Assembly: GCA_038087875.1 (NCBI GenBank)
Contig: JAXLNO010000235.1
Span: 1 to 64,000 of the forward strand
Direction: 5' to 3'
DNA from: Malacoraja senta
Taxonomy: Eukaryota
Length of the DNA stretch: 64,000 nt
The stretch's first letter is position 1, and the number at the start of each line of letters is the position of its first letter. The position numbers were made by a program, and so were the translations under genes. The notes beneath the pieces were generated by a model. The model saw only the letters and a program-made list of their open reading frames with translations, was not told where the DNA came from and did no database searches. This document shows positions 12,120-25,585 of this stretch, piece after piece.

Positions 12120-12440
12120 CTCCTGCAATGCAGCAGTACCTTGCAGTGGAGCAGCTGTTACAGCGGAGCAGATGCTGCAGTGGAGCATCTCATGCATTGA
12201 AGCCCCTCCTGCAGTGGAGCATCTCCTGCAGTGGAGCATCTCCTGCATTGAAGCCCCTCCTGCATTGAAACCCCTCTTGCAGTGGAGCATCTCCTGCATT
12301 GAAGCCCCTCCTCCATTGAAGCCCCTCTTGCAGTGGAGCATCTCCTGCAGTGGAGCATCTCCTGCATTGAAGCATCTCCTGCATTGAAGCCCCTCTTGCA
12401 GTGCCGCATCTCCTGCAGTGGAGCATCTCCTGCAGCTGCA
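12120..12440. repeat. Minisatellite of interspersed 17-bp units TGCAGTGGAGCATCTCC / TGCATTGAAGCCCCTCY
   Basis: Direct reading. Confidence 0.9.
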
Positions 12441-13599
12441 GTGAAATGTCAAGCCTCCACCATCTCCTCAGGCAACGTGTCCCAGATTGCAACCACCCTC
12501 CGAGTGAGTTTAATCTCATCCATGTCCGTTTTATTGTTCTGTTAGTATAGTCTGGTCTGCAGTTCTTTGTTCCATCATCTTATTCTAATTGCTGACTCCA
12601 AGTACTACGTTTCCTCATCTGTTCTTGCCCCATCAGAGATATTCTCCCGTTTGTTCCACCACTCCACCACAACCCCTCTCTACAAGTGAAAAACAACTTG
12701 TTTTTGTTGCTGTGTCCTACTCTGGTGAAGGGTCTCTGACCTGAAACTGAACTGTTTCTTTCTCCACAAATGCTGTCTAACCTGCTGAATGTTTTTTGAA
12801 TATTCTTTCATTTTTATTTCAGATTTTCAGCATGTGCGGTTCTTTGCTTTACACGTTGATTTTGATGTTGTGACCTGTCAACAATGAATCAAAGGAGTTC
12901 AGATACGTGGTGTCGTAATCTACTGGGATTCAAGTAACTAGTAAGTGTTTCAATGGGAAGATTTTGCCTGCTCGGGATTGGACTCCATTTTAGTTTAGTT
13001 TAGAGATACAGCGCGGAAACAGGCCCTTCAGCCCACCGAGTCCACGCCGACCAGCGATCCCTGCACACTAACACTATCCCACACACACTAGGAACAATTT
13101 ATACTCATACCTCACTAAACTTCACCTCACACCTAAGCCTCAACTCACTAAACTGCACCTCGACTAAACTTCCTCAACAAAACTTCGCACCTCGACTAAA
13201 TCCTCGCCTCGACTAAACTTTACCTCAACTAAACCCTCAATCACCTTGACCAAACTTCACCTCAGCTAAACCTCACCTCAGATAAATTTCACACCTCACT
13301 AAACCTTGCTTCGATTAAACCCCTCGCTTCAACTAAAACTGTTACCCAGGGAATCCGAATCTCATCGGCATTAAACATCGTGTGGGTTTGGGGTGGGATA
13401 GGGTAGAGGTGAGGAGTGGGGCAAGGAGAGGGGTTATGCAGGGAGGAAGGGAGTGACTGAGGGAGGGAGAGGTGATTGAGGGAGGAGGAGAGGGGAAAGA
13501 AGAGGGAAGGTGAAGATATCTGGTGTGGGCCGAGCCTCGGGGCTGCACCCGGGCCCGGGCGCTGGGGAGCGGACATAGACACGGACTGGGCCCTGAACG

Positions 13600-14613
13600 T
13601 AGCAATGTTACAAACTGTTGAGATTTTAAAGATAAAGCATAAAAATAAGTTTAATTTGACACTTAATTCACTTTCATATCTTCAGTATTAAAAAAGTTAT
13701 GGCCATTATCATACTCAGAAATTAGCATCTAGTTCCCTATTGCTTTTCCATTGACTTAACACAAAAGCTGTGATCGAGGACAGTTAAAAGCCCATAACTT
13801 TCTTAAAAATTATGATAACCGAAAGAAATTTTCAGGTATTATAGATTGAAGCATTCTGAAACAAATATGAAACAATCTTACTTCGAAGACATGAAAGTTA
13901 AGCATATAATTAGTTAGTTACCTAATTGTAGCTAATTACAAAATTCAATTACTAGATCTAAACATCTATCAATTTCTTAAGAATAGATTAACATTTTTAA
14001 ATAGCCTAAGTGTCCAAATAACATTCACACAATAATTCACAATATAACATAATTTTTAAATCTAATTTTCATGAATTTACAGGCCAAATGGAAGGAATTG
14101 AATGTTTAATACCTGTAAATTAATGGGGATTTAATTCATCTTGCGAGTGAGGATTACTGGAACCCGATCTTTTGGAACGTTGATTTGCGGTGAATTTAAC
14201 CCCGTATTGGCATGAAAAATACTGCCGTTAATTCGGGGAATAAAATCACCGTGTCGCATGACAAAATGTGAATTAAAGGCTTCTTAAGAAGCACTTTTAT
14301 ACATTTAAAGAAAGCACTTTCGTTTACCTGTCCCGTGTGTGAAATCCGTCCCCGTTATCGGCGTTGACGCTTCAGGAGCTGCTTTTAAAATTACTGTAGC
14401 GCTGACATTGACGATTTAATAAAAATAAAAAATTCACAAAACGCCGGTAGGAACGATTTTGTCAGCCAAGGCTTGTACTCCAACAAAATATTCCCAGGAC
14501 AAGGGAGGAGAAACCCGCGTTTTAACCCCGCTCCCCTTAAAGGCGCCAAAATCGCGCACACGGCCAGTGGCAGAATTACAGCGCGACTGAAGGTAAGTTT
14601 TGTAACATACCTA
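13600..14613. mobile_element. Non-autonomous TIR DNA transposon
   Basis: Imperfect 15-bp TIRs TAGCAATGTTACAAA / TTTGTAACATACCTA; CTGAACG duplicated at 13593-13599 and 14614-14620; AT-rich body splitting a GC-rich tract. Confidence 0.75.
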
Positions 14614-15490
14614 CTGAACGCGGCTCCGGGTCCTGGGCTGGGGTTCGAGCCGGTGTGGGGTCTTGGGGCTGCTGCTCCGGGCCCACAGGGAGGGAGTGGA
14701 GCGGGACCTGGGGCAAGGACTAGGCAGCAGCCTCGTCTTCTCCCTCCCCCAGACCGCAGCCTCTCCCTCCCATGGCTCCAGACCTGTCGACATGTGACGC
14801 CTGTATGGTCGTGAATAGTCGTCCAAAGAGTCCTACCTTTTCCTGGTCGCCGCTGGATTTTCAACGTGTTGACGTTGAACTATGACGGGTGCCGGCAGTC
14901 GCTGAAAAATATTGCGTACGTGGGACAGGCCCTTTAGACTGTTGAGGAAGACTTGTTTAAGGGCTCACAGTCAGGTGGGGGCTGTAAAGCTCCACTTTGT
15001 TCCAGTTGGAATGTCTGGTCCCTGTATTGTCTTAGATAGACGCAAAATGGTGGAGTAACTCAACAGGACAGGCAGCATCTCTGGAGAGAAGGAATGGGTG
15101 ACGTTTCTGGTCTAGATGTTTCTTCAGACAGATATCGGGAGTGGGAGGTACATAGATAAGGAAGTGTGTAAACAAGGAAATCTATGTTTATAGATAAGGA
15201 TATCTCTCACTCCCCTGACATCAGTCTGAAGAAGGATGTCGACAGGAAACGTCACCCATGCCTTCGCTCCAGCGATGATGCCTGTCCCGCTGAGTTTTTC
15301 TAGCATTTTGTGTCCATCTTTGGTGTAAAGCAGCATCTGCCGTTCCTTCCTACACAAGCCATTTGGGCAGGCCGGTGGGGGTGAGTAGGAGGGGTTGGGG
15401 GAGACGTGTAAAATCACAAAGGATAGTGAGTGTTGAGAAGTCGTGTCAGGATGACAAGGTCACTGTGTTGACGGTGCAGGTTTAAAAGGA

Positions 15491-15780
15491 TGGCACGGTG
15501 GCGCAGTGTAGAGTTGGTGCCTTACAGCACTTGCGGCGTCAGAGACCAGAGTTCGATTCCGAATACAGGTGCTGTATTTACAGAGTTTGTATGTTCTCGA
15601 GGGTTTTCTCCGAGATCTTCCGTTTCCTCCCAAGCTCCAAAGACATACAGTCTTGTTGGTTAATTGGCTTTGTATAAATGTAAAAATTGTCCCTAGTGTG
15701 TTTAGGGTAGAGTTAATGTGCAGGGATTGCTGGACTCGGTGGGTCGAAGGCTTGTTTCCGCGCTGTACCTAAACTCTACA
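15491..15780 (+). mobile_element. tRNA-derived HE1/V-SINE-like SINE
   Basis: A box TGGCGCAG, B box GTTCGATTCC, V-SINE-type core, CR1-like tail. Confidence 0.75.
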
Positions 15781-16587
15781 GTGATTGGAAACAACCAGCG
15801 CTGCCTCTGGGTTTCTTGGTTTTTGGTCACATTTGCTCTGAAACAGAGAAGGAAGCAGATCCGGTGAACTTCTCAAAGAAACTGGAGAAATGATGGAAAT
15901 GGAATGGGTTTGCAGGCCCGTGGGGGAAGAGCGATGGGGGATGGTGATTGTTCAAGCATTTGTAACTATCTTCCGTTCAGGCAGCGGGCGCAGGCAGCCA
16001 TGTGTTAGACCCTTGATACAGCTAGTTATAACTAGTCCCAAAGACGTGCGGATTTGTAGCTTTATTGGCCTCTGTAAATTGTCCCTAGTGTGCAAGGGAG
16101 TGGATGTGAAAATGAGGTAGCTTTGGGGTTATGGGGAGAAGGTGGGAGAATGGAGATGATGGGGAAATATAGATCAGCCATGATTGAATGGTGTAGTAAA
16201 TGATGGGCCGAATGCCAATTCTGCTCCTTGAACATGAACTTATGTACATAGAACTAGTATGAAAGGGAGATTGATGGTCAGCATGGACTCGATGGGCCAA
16301 GGCGCCTGGATCCTTTCTGTACCTCAGGTTTAGCTTTATTATTATTACATGTGGGGCTGGTGTACAGTGAAAAGCTTTGTTTTGTAAGCTATCCAATCAA
16401 ATCAGATAAAAAATATTCATCAATACAATCGCCAAATCAAGTTCAATAGGTAGAGCAAAGGGGAAGAGACAGAGTGCAGAATATAGTTCTCAGCATTGTA
16501 GTGAAATAAACTGAGCTAAACCGAGGTGCAGTGAGTGTTCTGGGATGCTTTGCCAGTTGTCACGTGGCCTGTGGCTTGTGTTGTCTG

Positions 16588-16933
16588 AGATCTTAAGGGG
16601 TTGGACAGGCTAGATGCAGGAAGATTGTTCCCGATGTTGGGGAAGTCCAGAACAAGGGGGAAGTCTTTTAGGACCGAGATGAGAAAAACATTTTTCACAC
16701 AGAGAGTGGTGAATCTCTGGAATTCTCTGCAACAGAAGGTAGTTGAGGCCAGTTCATTGGCTATATTTAAGAGGGAGTTAGATGTGGCCCTTGTGGCTAA
16801 AGGGATCAGGGGGTATGGAGAGAAGGCAGGTACGGGATACTGAGTTGGATGATCAGCCATGATCATAATGAATGGCGGTGCAGGCTCGAAGGGCCGAATG
16901 GCCTACTCCAGCACCTATTTTCTATGTATCTAT
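16588..16933 (+). mobile_element. CR1 LINE 3' end
   Basis: DRLDAGRLFPMLG...FFTQRVVNLWNSL + tail. Confidence 0.85.
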
Positions 16934-16977
16934 ATTGAAGTTGGGCAGTGGGGCGGCTGAGCGGGCACTTGATGAGT

Positions 16978-17371
16978 GTTACTAGGGTGGGGACAGGGTG
17001 GGTGGGAGATGTTACTAGGTGGGGACAGGGTGGGTGAGAGGTGTTACTAGAGTGGGGACAGGGTGGGTGGGAGATGTTACTAGGGTGGGTGAGGTGTTAC
17101 TAGGGTGGGGACAGGGTGGGTGGGAGATGTTACTAGGGTGGGGACAGGGTGGGTGAGGTGTTACTAGGGTGGGGACAGGGTGGGTGGGAGATGTTACTAG
17201 GGTGGGGACAGGGTGGGTGAGGTGTTACTAGGGTGGGGACAGGGTGGGTGGGAGATGTTACTAGGGTGGGGACAGGGTGGGTGGGAGATGTTACTAGGGT
17301 GGGGACAGGGTGGGTGGGAGATGTTACTAGGGTGCGGACAGGGTGGGTGAGAGATGTTACTAGGGTGGGGC
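16978..17371. repeat. G-rich minisatellite, 31-33-bp unit GTTACTAGGGTGGGGACAGGGTGGGTGGGAGAT
   Basis: About a dozen copies, direct reading. Confidence 0.92.
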
Positions 17372-18779
17372 AGATAGATGGGGGCAGGTACTAGGGCATG
17401 GACAAGGTGGGTTGGTGAGTGGAGGATGTAACCAGGGTGGGGACAAGGTGGGTGGGTGGTAGATGTTGGGCGTGGGCACTGGGTGAATTGGGGATGTTGC
17501 TAAGGTGTGGACGTGGGGGGTGAGTGGAGGTTGTGGGGGTGAGTGGAGGTTGTGGGAGGGGGTGAGTGGAGGATGTTGGGGGGGGGGTGAGTGGAGCATG
17601 TGGGGGGTGGAGGGTGAGTGGAGGATGTTGGGGGGTGGGGGTGAGTGGAGGATGTTGGGGTGGGGGTGAACACCCCGTAGCTGGAGCAGGCTGAGGTTGA
17701 GTGGGCTATTACAAGGCGCGGGTGTCGGGACATGGGGTGGGAACATGTGCTGTTACTGGGAAGGGGGTGAGGGACATGTAAGTGGGCTGACGGTGGGGAG
17801 GGTAAATGGAGCGGGTGGGGTGTGAGGGTCCGTTACTGGGGCAGATGAGGGGCTGTTAGTGAGGTAGTGGGTGAGTGGGCTGTGGACTGACACTGGGCAG
17901 GAGCTGAACGTGTTGTACAGGATTGTAGATTTCCCAGATGCTGGGTTACATCAGGGGGACTGAGCTGTTATTTGGGGCAGCTAATCGCCATTCATTCACA
18001 CACACATATGTGCACACAAAAAAACAAACACAAAAAATAGGCTGCTGCCATTTGACGCCACAAACCCCCCCTGCATAGCGCCTGTTCACCAAGGTGTGGA
18101 AAGTGATGCAGCTTCTGCTAAAGAGCATCGTTCCATTGCAATCTTCAGGTTGTATCAGCAGCAACACCCTGTGTATCCATCCACTTAAAATCATTAATGA
18201 ATCCACTTCCTGCAGCGTTTTGGAGAGAATATTCTGGATCCTGTCAGTATTGAATCTGTGACCTCTGTTTATTGATCCCTCAATAGCAAAACCTTTCTCG
18301 TGTAAAACCCTGCGACAAACTTCAACGTTTGATAGGTCATCTCTTTTACCTTCTCTGTTCCGAGAGGACTCCTAACCTTTCCAAATTACTCTTTACTGTA
18401 ATTCTAGACACTGTCTAAATCAATTCTTAGGCTTGAAGTCTGACGAAGTGTCCTGACCCAAAACGTCACCCATCCTTTTTCAGACAGAGATGCTGCCTGA
18501 CCCGCTGAGTTACTCCAGAACTTTGTGTCTATCTTAGGCTTTTGACATCCTTCCTTTAGTTTAGTTTAGAGATACAGCATGGAAACAGGCCCTTTGGCCC
18601 ACCAAGTCGGCATCGATCAGCGATCCCTGCACACTAACAGTTGAGCCGTGGGCGGATCAGTTGCATGGTGCTTTTGTGAACAGCAGCACAAACATTGGGC
18701 CACGTGGCCCTTTGAACATTGTAAACCTTGAGAGAGAAGTTTGCGTTGTTGACAACTTGCTGTTCTTCCCACCCCCCAG

Positions 18780-18848
18780 GTTTGGCGTACACTGAATCGG
18801 TCTCTCCCCTTGCCAAGCTGTGGGGCTGGATCTCACTGCTGTCTCCAG
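18780..18848 (+). CDS. SUN2: SUN2-like nucleoplasmic exon
   Basis: ccccccag|GT...CCA G|gtacct; LAYTESVSPLAKLWGWISLLSP; phase fits next exon. Confidence 0.6.
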
Positions 18849-20174
18849 GTACCTGCATTACTAATCTTCCCTCTTCTGTGGTCCATGGCCCCAAAACTCT
18901 GCTCCAGTCAAACAGTGCCCTGCTGATACTGGACCCAGTGGTGAGGTATAGCCCGCTGCTCCCTCCTTAAATTCCCAGGGATTGCACAAGACCTGGTCCC
19001 CAGTGCTCTGTTGTTCGTGCAGCCTAGGCCCACAGTCAGTGCGGGAGGAAGCCGCCTTCCAGCTTGGTACTCCAGTGTGTTCCCTGAGCCTGACTGGGTC
19101 ACTCACTGAGATGAGTGGTGAGTTCCCCAGAGGACCATAGAGTCAAGAGACGACTGACTGTCAATGCTCGGTTACTCGATCCCGACTGAAGTCATGTTGT
19201 AACACCTAAGGGAGGACTGGTTTGTGTTCCAGGGTCACTGGGGTGATGAAAGAATAGGATCTCCTTTAGATTTCCCCAGCTGTGTGGCACCGAGGACACA
19301 TTTGAAATGTAGTGGAAGGTGGTGGCCCGTGGCCAAGCTCGCACACAGCATTGTGGTGATCAGCATACGTGCCCACGTTCAATAAATCTAGATTTCTCTA
19401 ACTTCAAGTAACCCTCTCTCTCTGTCCCTCCCCCTCCTTAGTCATTGTACTAGTTTCACTGTCGTCCTGGTGAGTTTCATTGTCTGTATAATTCGTTAAC
19501 ATCGAGCCCACAGCCAACCAACAATGGACCCTTTCCTTCATCATCGTTACTTTTTTGCATATCGTTCATTCATTTGTTCCATATCTCTCTACATCATCGT
19601 CTATATCACTTTTTACCTTACCCCTGACTCTCAGTATGAAGAAGGGTCTCGACCCGAAACATCACCTATTCCTTTTCTCCAGAGATGCTGCCTGTCCTTC
19701 TGAGTTACTCCAGCTTTTTGTGTCTATCTTTGCCCATGTTGGTTGTGGGATAAGATTGACTGGGACAGAGGGGGCAGCTATCCATCCACAACCAGGCAAT
19801 CTGTCTGTGTTGAAAGGTGATATTCCCTGATCGGTGGAAGTGTCATTGACAATCTCCTGTTTATTTAGTCTGGATACAAAAGGAGGCCATTCGGCCCGTC
19901 GTGGCCTCTGGGGTACCGCCATCAGTGCTGTTGTCCCATTGATATCCCTGCGACCTATTTTTTCTCGGGTTCCATACAGCTCCCCTGGGTTCTCCTGCCA
20001 CCACCTCGCGGTGGACTTTCTGTGGTGGTCCTTGCAGGGGAGAAGGTCTCTCAGCCTCACGTGGTTCCACAGTATCAGTGGGTTCCGTGTTGGAGAGTCT
20101 GAGCTCTCTCCGCTTCCACTGATGGGAAGCATCGGGCTCAACGTTGTCTAATGTTGTGTTGCTGTCTCTTTCAG

Positions 20175-20268
20175 AAGAAGCTCTGCCCCTGGTGTACTGG
20201 TGGTTGGGCACAGCCTGGTACCAGTTAACAACGGCCATCTCCTTGATCGATGTCTTAACTCTGTCCAG
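20175..20268 (+). CDS. SUN2: SUN2-like hydrophobic-region exon
   Basis: tctttcag|AA...TCC AG|gtacgt; EALPLVYWWLGTAWYQLTTAISLIDVLTLSR. Confidence 0.85.
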
Positions 20269-20414
20269 GTACGTGCTCCGGGGATCCACAGACTCCCTTC
20301 CTCCACCTGGTCAACTGAAGCAAAGTCACCCATCCCCTCTGCCTCCTCCATCTCCTCCCCACCTCTGTACTGAAAACACCCTCCCACAGGACACCCAGCC
20401 ACACTGAACCCCCA

Positions 20415-21408
20415 ACAATAGACAATAGGTGCAGGAGTAGGTCATTCGGCCCTTCTTTCCATTCATTGTGATCGTGGCTGATCATCCCCAATCAGTATCC
20501 CGTTCCTGCCTTCTCCCCATATCCCCTGATTCCACTATCTTTAAGAGCCCTATCTAGCTCTCTCTTGAAAGTATCCAGAGAACCTGCCTCCACCGCCCTC
20601 TGAGGCAGAGAATTCCACAGACTTACCACTCTCTGTGAGAAAAAGTGTTTCCTCTTATTCGTTCTAAATGGCTTACCCCTTATTCTTAAAGTGTGGCCCC
20701 TGGTTCTGGACTCCCCCAACATCGGGAACATGTTTCCTGCCTCTAGCGAGTCCAAACCCTTAACAATCTTATATGTTTCAATAAGATGCCCTCTCATCCT
20801 TCTAATCTCCAGAGTGTACAAGCCCAGCTGCTCCATTCTCTCAGCATACAACAGTCCCGCCATCCCGGGAATTAACCTGGTGAACCTACATTGCACTCCC
20901 TCAATAGCAAGAATGTCCTTCCTCAAATTAGGGGACCAAAACTGCGCACAATACTCCAGGTGTGGTCTCACGGGGGCTCTGTACAACTGCAGAATGACCT
21001 CTTTGCTGCTATATTCGATTCCTCTTGTTATAAAGGCCAATATGCCATTCGCTCTATTCACTGCCTGCTGAACCTGCATGCTTACTTTCATTGACCGATG
21101 AACAAGGACCCCCAGATCCCGTTGTACTTCCCCTTTTCCCAACTTGACGCCATTTAGATAGTAACATGCCTTCCTGTTTTTGCTACCAAAGCGGATAACC
21201 TCACATTTATCCACATTAAACTTCATCTGCCATGCATCTGCCCACTCCCCCAACCTGTCACCCTGCATTCTGACAGCATCCTCCTCACAGTTCACACTGC
21301 CACCCAGCTTTGTGTCATCTGCAAATTTGCTAATGTTACTTTGAATCCCTGCATCCAAATCATTGATGTATATTGTAAATAGCTGCGTTCCCAGCACCGA
21401 GCCTTGCT
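20415..21408 (-). mobile_element. CR1 LINE RT fragment
   Basis: ORF 20492-21415: QGSVLG...[11 protein letters not shown]...RPHLEYC. Confidence 0.9.
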
Positions 21409-24400
21409 TTCCCAATATAGACTGGGAAAATCACAGCGTGAAGGATTTTAATGGGGTGCAAATCCTCAAAAGTGTTCAGGAGAGTTTTCTTAAACAGTAT
21501 GTAGAGGCCCCCACACGTGAGAGGGCAAAACTGGATCTAGTATTTTGAAATTGGAAGGCAGGTTAATGAAGTGTGTGTGGAGGATCCTTTGGGTCCACTG
21601 ACCACAGTTGGATTAGGTTTAAGATAGTTATGGATAAGGATGGAGAGGGTCCACGTGTTCAAATGCACAACTGTGGTAAGGCCAACTTTGAGGGTATGAA
21701 AGAAGGTCTCACTCAAGTTGACTGGAGCAGGTTATTAGAGGGGAAAGAAACATGGGCCAAGTGGGATGTTTTTAAGTGTGCTGATGAAAGCTCACTTCCC
21801 CGCTAGAGTGAAGGCCAAAGCAGGCAAACGTAAGGAAACTTGGCTGACGAGGGAAATTGAGACGTTGGTCAAAAACAAGAAGGATGCATGGGACGGGTAT
21901 AGGCAGCTGGGATCAAGTGCATCCCTGGAGGAGTTTCGGGAACTAAGGAGTAAACTGAAAAAGGTGATCAGAAGGGCAAAAGGGGCCAGGAGATAGCTCT
22001 GGTGGGTAGCAACAATCCCAAAAGATTTTATAAATACATAAGGGGAAAAGGGTAACCAGAGAGAGAGTGGGACCTTTCAGGAATCAAAGCAGTCACATCT
22101 GTGTGAAGCTACAGGAAATGGGCAAGGTCCTCAATGAATATTTCTCCTCTGTATTTACCGAGGAGACAGACAGTAGGACGGGTGGACAAAAATGCTGGTG
22201 AAACTCAGCGGGTGAGGCAGCATCTATGGAGCGAAGGAATAGGTGACGTTTCTGGTCGAGACCCTTCTTCAGACTGATGTGGAGGTGGGTGGCCGGGAAG
22301 AAGAAAGGAAGAGGCGGAGACAGTAGGCTGTGGGAGAGCTGGGAAGGGGAGGGGAAGGAGGGAGAAAGCAAGGACTACCTGAAATTGGAGAAGTCAATGT
22401 TCATACCGCATGAGTGTAAACTACCCAAGCGAAATATGATGTGCTGCTCCAATTTGCGGTGGTACTCCTCTGGCCATGGAGGAGGCCCAGGACAGAAAGG
22501 TCGGATTCGGAATGGGATGGGGAGTTGAAGTGCTGAGCCACCGGGAGATCAGGTTTGTTAATGAGAAGTGTGCGGAGGTGTTGGGTGAAGCGATCGCCAA
22601 GTCTATGCTTGATCTCACCGATGTAGAGCAGCGGATGCAATAGATCAGGTTGGAGGAGGTGCAGGTGAACCTCTGCCTCATCTGGAAAGACTGCTTAGGT
22701 CCTTGGATGGAGTCAAGGGTTGAGTAAAGCGACAAGTGTGGCATTTTCTGCGTTTGCAAGGGAAAGTACCAGGGAAGGGGGTGGTTTGGGTGGGAAGGGA
22801 CGAATTGACCAGGGAGTTACGGAGGGAGCGGTCTCTGCGGAAAGATGAAAGGGAGGAGATGGGAGATGTGGCCAGTGGTGGGATCCCGTTGGAGGTGGCG
22901 AAAATGTCGGAGGATTATCTGTTATATTTGACAGCTGGGGGGTAGGTGTGGACAATGGGGACTCTACCCTTGTTACAAGTAGGGGGATGGGGAGTAAGAG
23001 CAGAGCTACGGGAAAAAGAAGAGACCCTGGTGAGAGCCTCATCTGTAGACAAAGAGGGGAACTCCCCGTGCCCTAAGAATGAGGACATCTCCGATGCCCT
23101 GGTTTGGAACACCTCATCCTGGGTGCAGATGTAGTCGTCGATGTAGTGGAGGTAGAGGTCGGGGATAGGGCCACGGTTCGACGTACCCTACAAAGAGACA
23201 GGCATAGCTGGGGCCCATGCGCGTGCTCATATCTACGCCTTGGATTTGCAGGAAATGGGAGGAGTCAGAGGAAATCTGGAGAAATAGGAGGAGTCAAAGA
23301 AAAGTTATTGAGGGTAAGGACCAGCTCCGCTAGGACAGGAGGACGGAGGAACTTGGAGCAGTCAATGGAAGTGTCTTAAGAGCAGTCAGTGTTACCGTCG
23401 AGGAAGTATTGAAGGTACTGTCGAGTTCGAAGTAGACAAATCTCCGGGACCTGATCAGATATATCCGAGGACATTGTGGGAAACTAGAGGGGAAATTACG
23501 AGTCGTTCTTAAATACAAGAGAGGTGCTGGAAGACTGGAGGGTGGCAAATGTTGTGCCTCTTTTCAAGAAAGGCTGCAGGGAAAATGCTGGGACTATAGC
23601 CGGTGAGCTTAACATCTGCAGCTGGAAAGTTACTAGAGAGTATTCTGAGGGATAGGTTTATACAGGCATTTGGATGGGCAAGGGCTGATTGGGGATAGTC
23701 AGCATGGTTTTATACGTGGGAGGTCGTGTCTCACAGATCTGATTTGTTTTGAAGATGGACCAGAAAGGTCGATGAGGGCAGAGCTGTAGATGTTATGTAC
23801 ATGGATTTCAGTACGACATTCTACAAGGTTCTGCATGGTAGGCTGCTCTGGATGGTTAGATCCCATGGGATCCAAGGAAAGATAGCTGAATGGATAGCAA
23901 ATTGGCTCCATGGAAGGAAGCAGAGTGTGATGGTGGAAGGTTGCTTCTCGGACTGGAGGTCTGTGACTATTGGTGTGACTCAGTGTTGGGTGCTGGGCCC
24001 GTTACTGTTTGTCATCTACATCAATGATTTGGATCAGAACATACAGGGCAAGATTAGCAAGTTTGCTGATGATATAAAAGTGAGTGGTTTTGCAGAGAGT
24101 GAAGATGGTTGTGAAAGATTGCAGCAAGATCTGGATCGATTGGCCAGGTAGGCTGAGGAATGATTGATGGAATTTAATACAGAGATGTGTGAGATGTTGC
24201 ATTTTGGGACACTGTACAAGGGCAGGACCTACACAGTAAATGGTAGGCCTCTGGGTAGTGTTGTAGAGCAGAGGGATCTAGGAGTGCAGGTGCATGTTCC
24301 TTGAAGGTCGAGTCGCAGGTAGATAAGGTGGTCAAAAAGGATTTGGCACATTGGCCTTCATCAGTCAGAGTTTTGATTGTGGAAACTGGGAGGTCATGTT

Positions 24401-24975
24401 GCAATTATATAAGACGTTGGTGAGACCGCATTTAGAATATTGTGTTCAGTTCGGGGCACCATGTTATAGGAAAAATATTGTCAAGCTTGAAAGGATTCAG
24501 AGAAGATTTACGAGGATGTTGCCAGGACTAGATAGTGTGAGCTATGGGAGAGGTTGAGTAGGCTGGGTCTCTATTCCATGGAGCTCAGCAGGATGAGGGA
24601 GATCCTATAGAGGTATACAAAATCATGAGAGGTATAGATCGGGTAGATGCACAGTTTCTTGCCCAGTGTAGGGGAATCGAGACCAGAGGACATATGTTCA
24701 AGGTGAAGGGGAAAAGATTTAATATGAATCCGAAGGGTAACGTTTTCACACAAAAGGTGGTGGGTGTATGGAACAAGTTGCCAGAGGAGGTAGCTGAGGC
24801 TGAGACTATCCAATTGTTTTAAAAAACAGTTAGATAGGTACATGGATAGGACAGGTTTGGAGTAATATGGACTAAGCACAGGCAAGTGGGACTAGTGTAG
24901 CTGGGACATTGTTGGTCGGTGTGGGCAAGTTGGGCCGAAGGGCCTGTATCCAAACCGTGTCACTTTATGACTCTA
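21409..24975 (+). mobile_element. Degenerate CR1 LINE (end of APE + RT), interrupted by Penelope insertion
   Basis: LKQYVEAPTRERAKLDLVF, WRVANVVPLFKKG, SKFADD, 3' tail. Confidence 0.85.
22182..23333 (-). mobile_element. Penelope-like element fragment inserted in a CR1
   Basis: RFTCTSSNLIYCIRCS / LLYIGEIKHRLGDRFTQH; TSD GACAG(T/G)AGGACGG at 22169-22181 and 23334-23346. Confidence 0.8.
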
Positions 24976-25541
24976 GTCTGTAGGGTAGTGTTAGTGGGCG
25001 GGAATCGTTGGGCGGTACGGACTCGGTGGGCCGAAGGGCCTGTTTCTGTGCTGTGTCTTTAAACTAAACTTACAAAATGATAACCCATTTATTGTACCCC
25101 AGATAAACCCACCACAGGCCAACCCACTTGTACTACCCCAGATAAACCCACTAGAAACATAGGAAAAACATAGAAAAATAGGTGCAGAAGTAGGCCATTC
25201 GGCCCTTCCAGCCACGGACTACAAGATAGCCTGCCCACACTCCTACCCCAGATACATCCATAGAACAGCACTGTGATACTGCACCCTAGGTTGACTAATC
25301 TTTGCACCAGTGTCACCGTGGCTCTGCGCTTTGGGTGTGTGGACTGACGGTCTGTCAGCCAAGCGGTGGGTCCATGGCGTCTCTGGAGAGAAGGAAATGG
25401 GTGACATTTCAGGACAATGCCCTTCTTCAGACTCCAGAGATGCTGCCCGACCCACTGAGTTATGACAGCTTTTTGTATCCATTTCGCTTGAGACGGGGTT
25501 GGGTTCAATAGCCGGCTGACTTGTGTGTGTTTCCCCTCCAG

Positions 25542-25585
25542 GTGTGTCCCTCACGTCAAGACGTGGGTGCTGCTGGCATTACTGG
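25542..25585 (+). CDS. SUN2: SUN2-like short transmembrane-region exon
   Basis: ccctccag|G...CTG G|gtaagg; CVPHVKTWVLLALL; phase 2 start matches preceding exon. Confidence 0.65.

Noticed and set aside
12446..12503. Candidate SUN first exon (ATG...CCG A|gtgagt, phase-compatible with 18780)
   Set aside because: No similarity to SUN N termini; phase match alone is weak.
11263..12545. Repetitive and GC-rich ORFs (WSLVVG repeats, CRRCSTAG repeats)
   Set aside because: Translations of minisatellites and the CpG island; no domain support.
15491..15565. tRNA genes at A/B-box sites
   Set aside because: They are heads of SINEs followed by the SINE core and tail, with no complete cloverleaf.
10870..17371. 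Regularly spaced repeats as CRISPR-like arrays
   Set aside because: Tandem units without unique spacers, in eukaryotic DNA; no cas genes.
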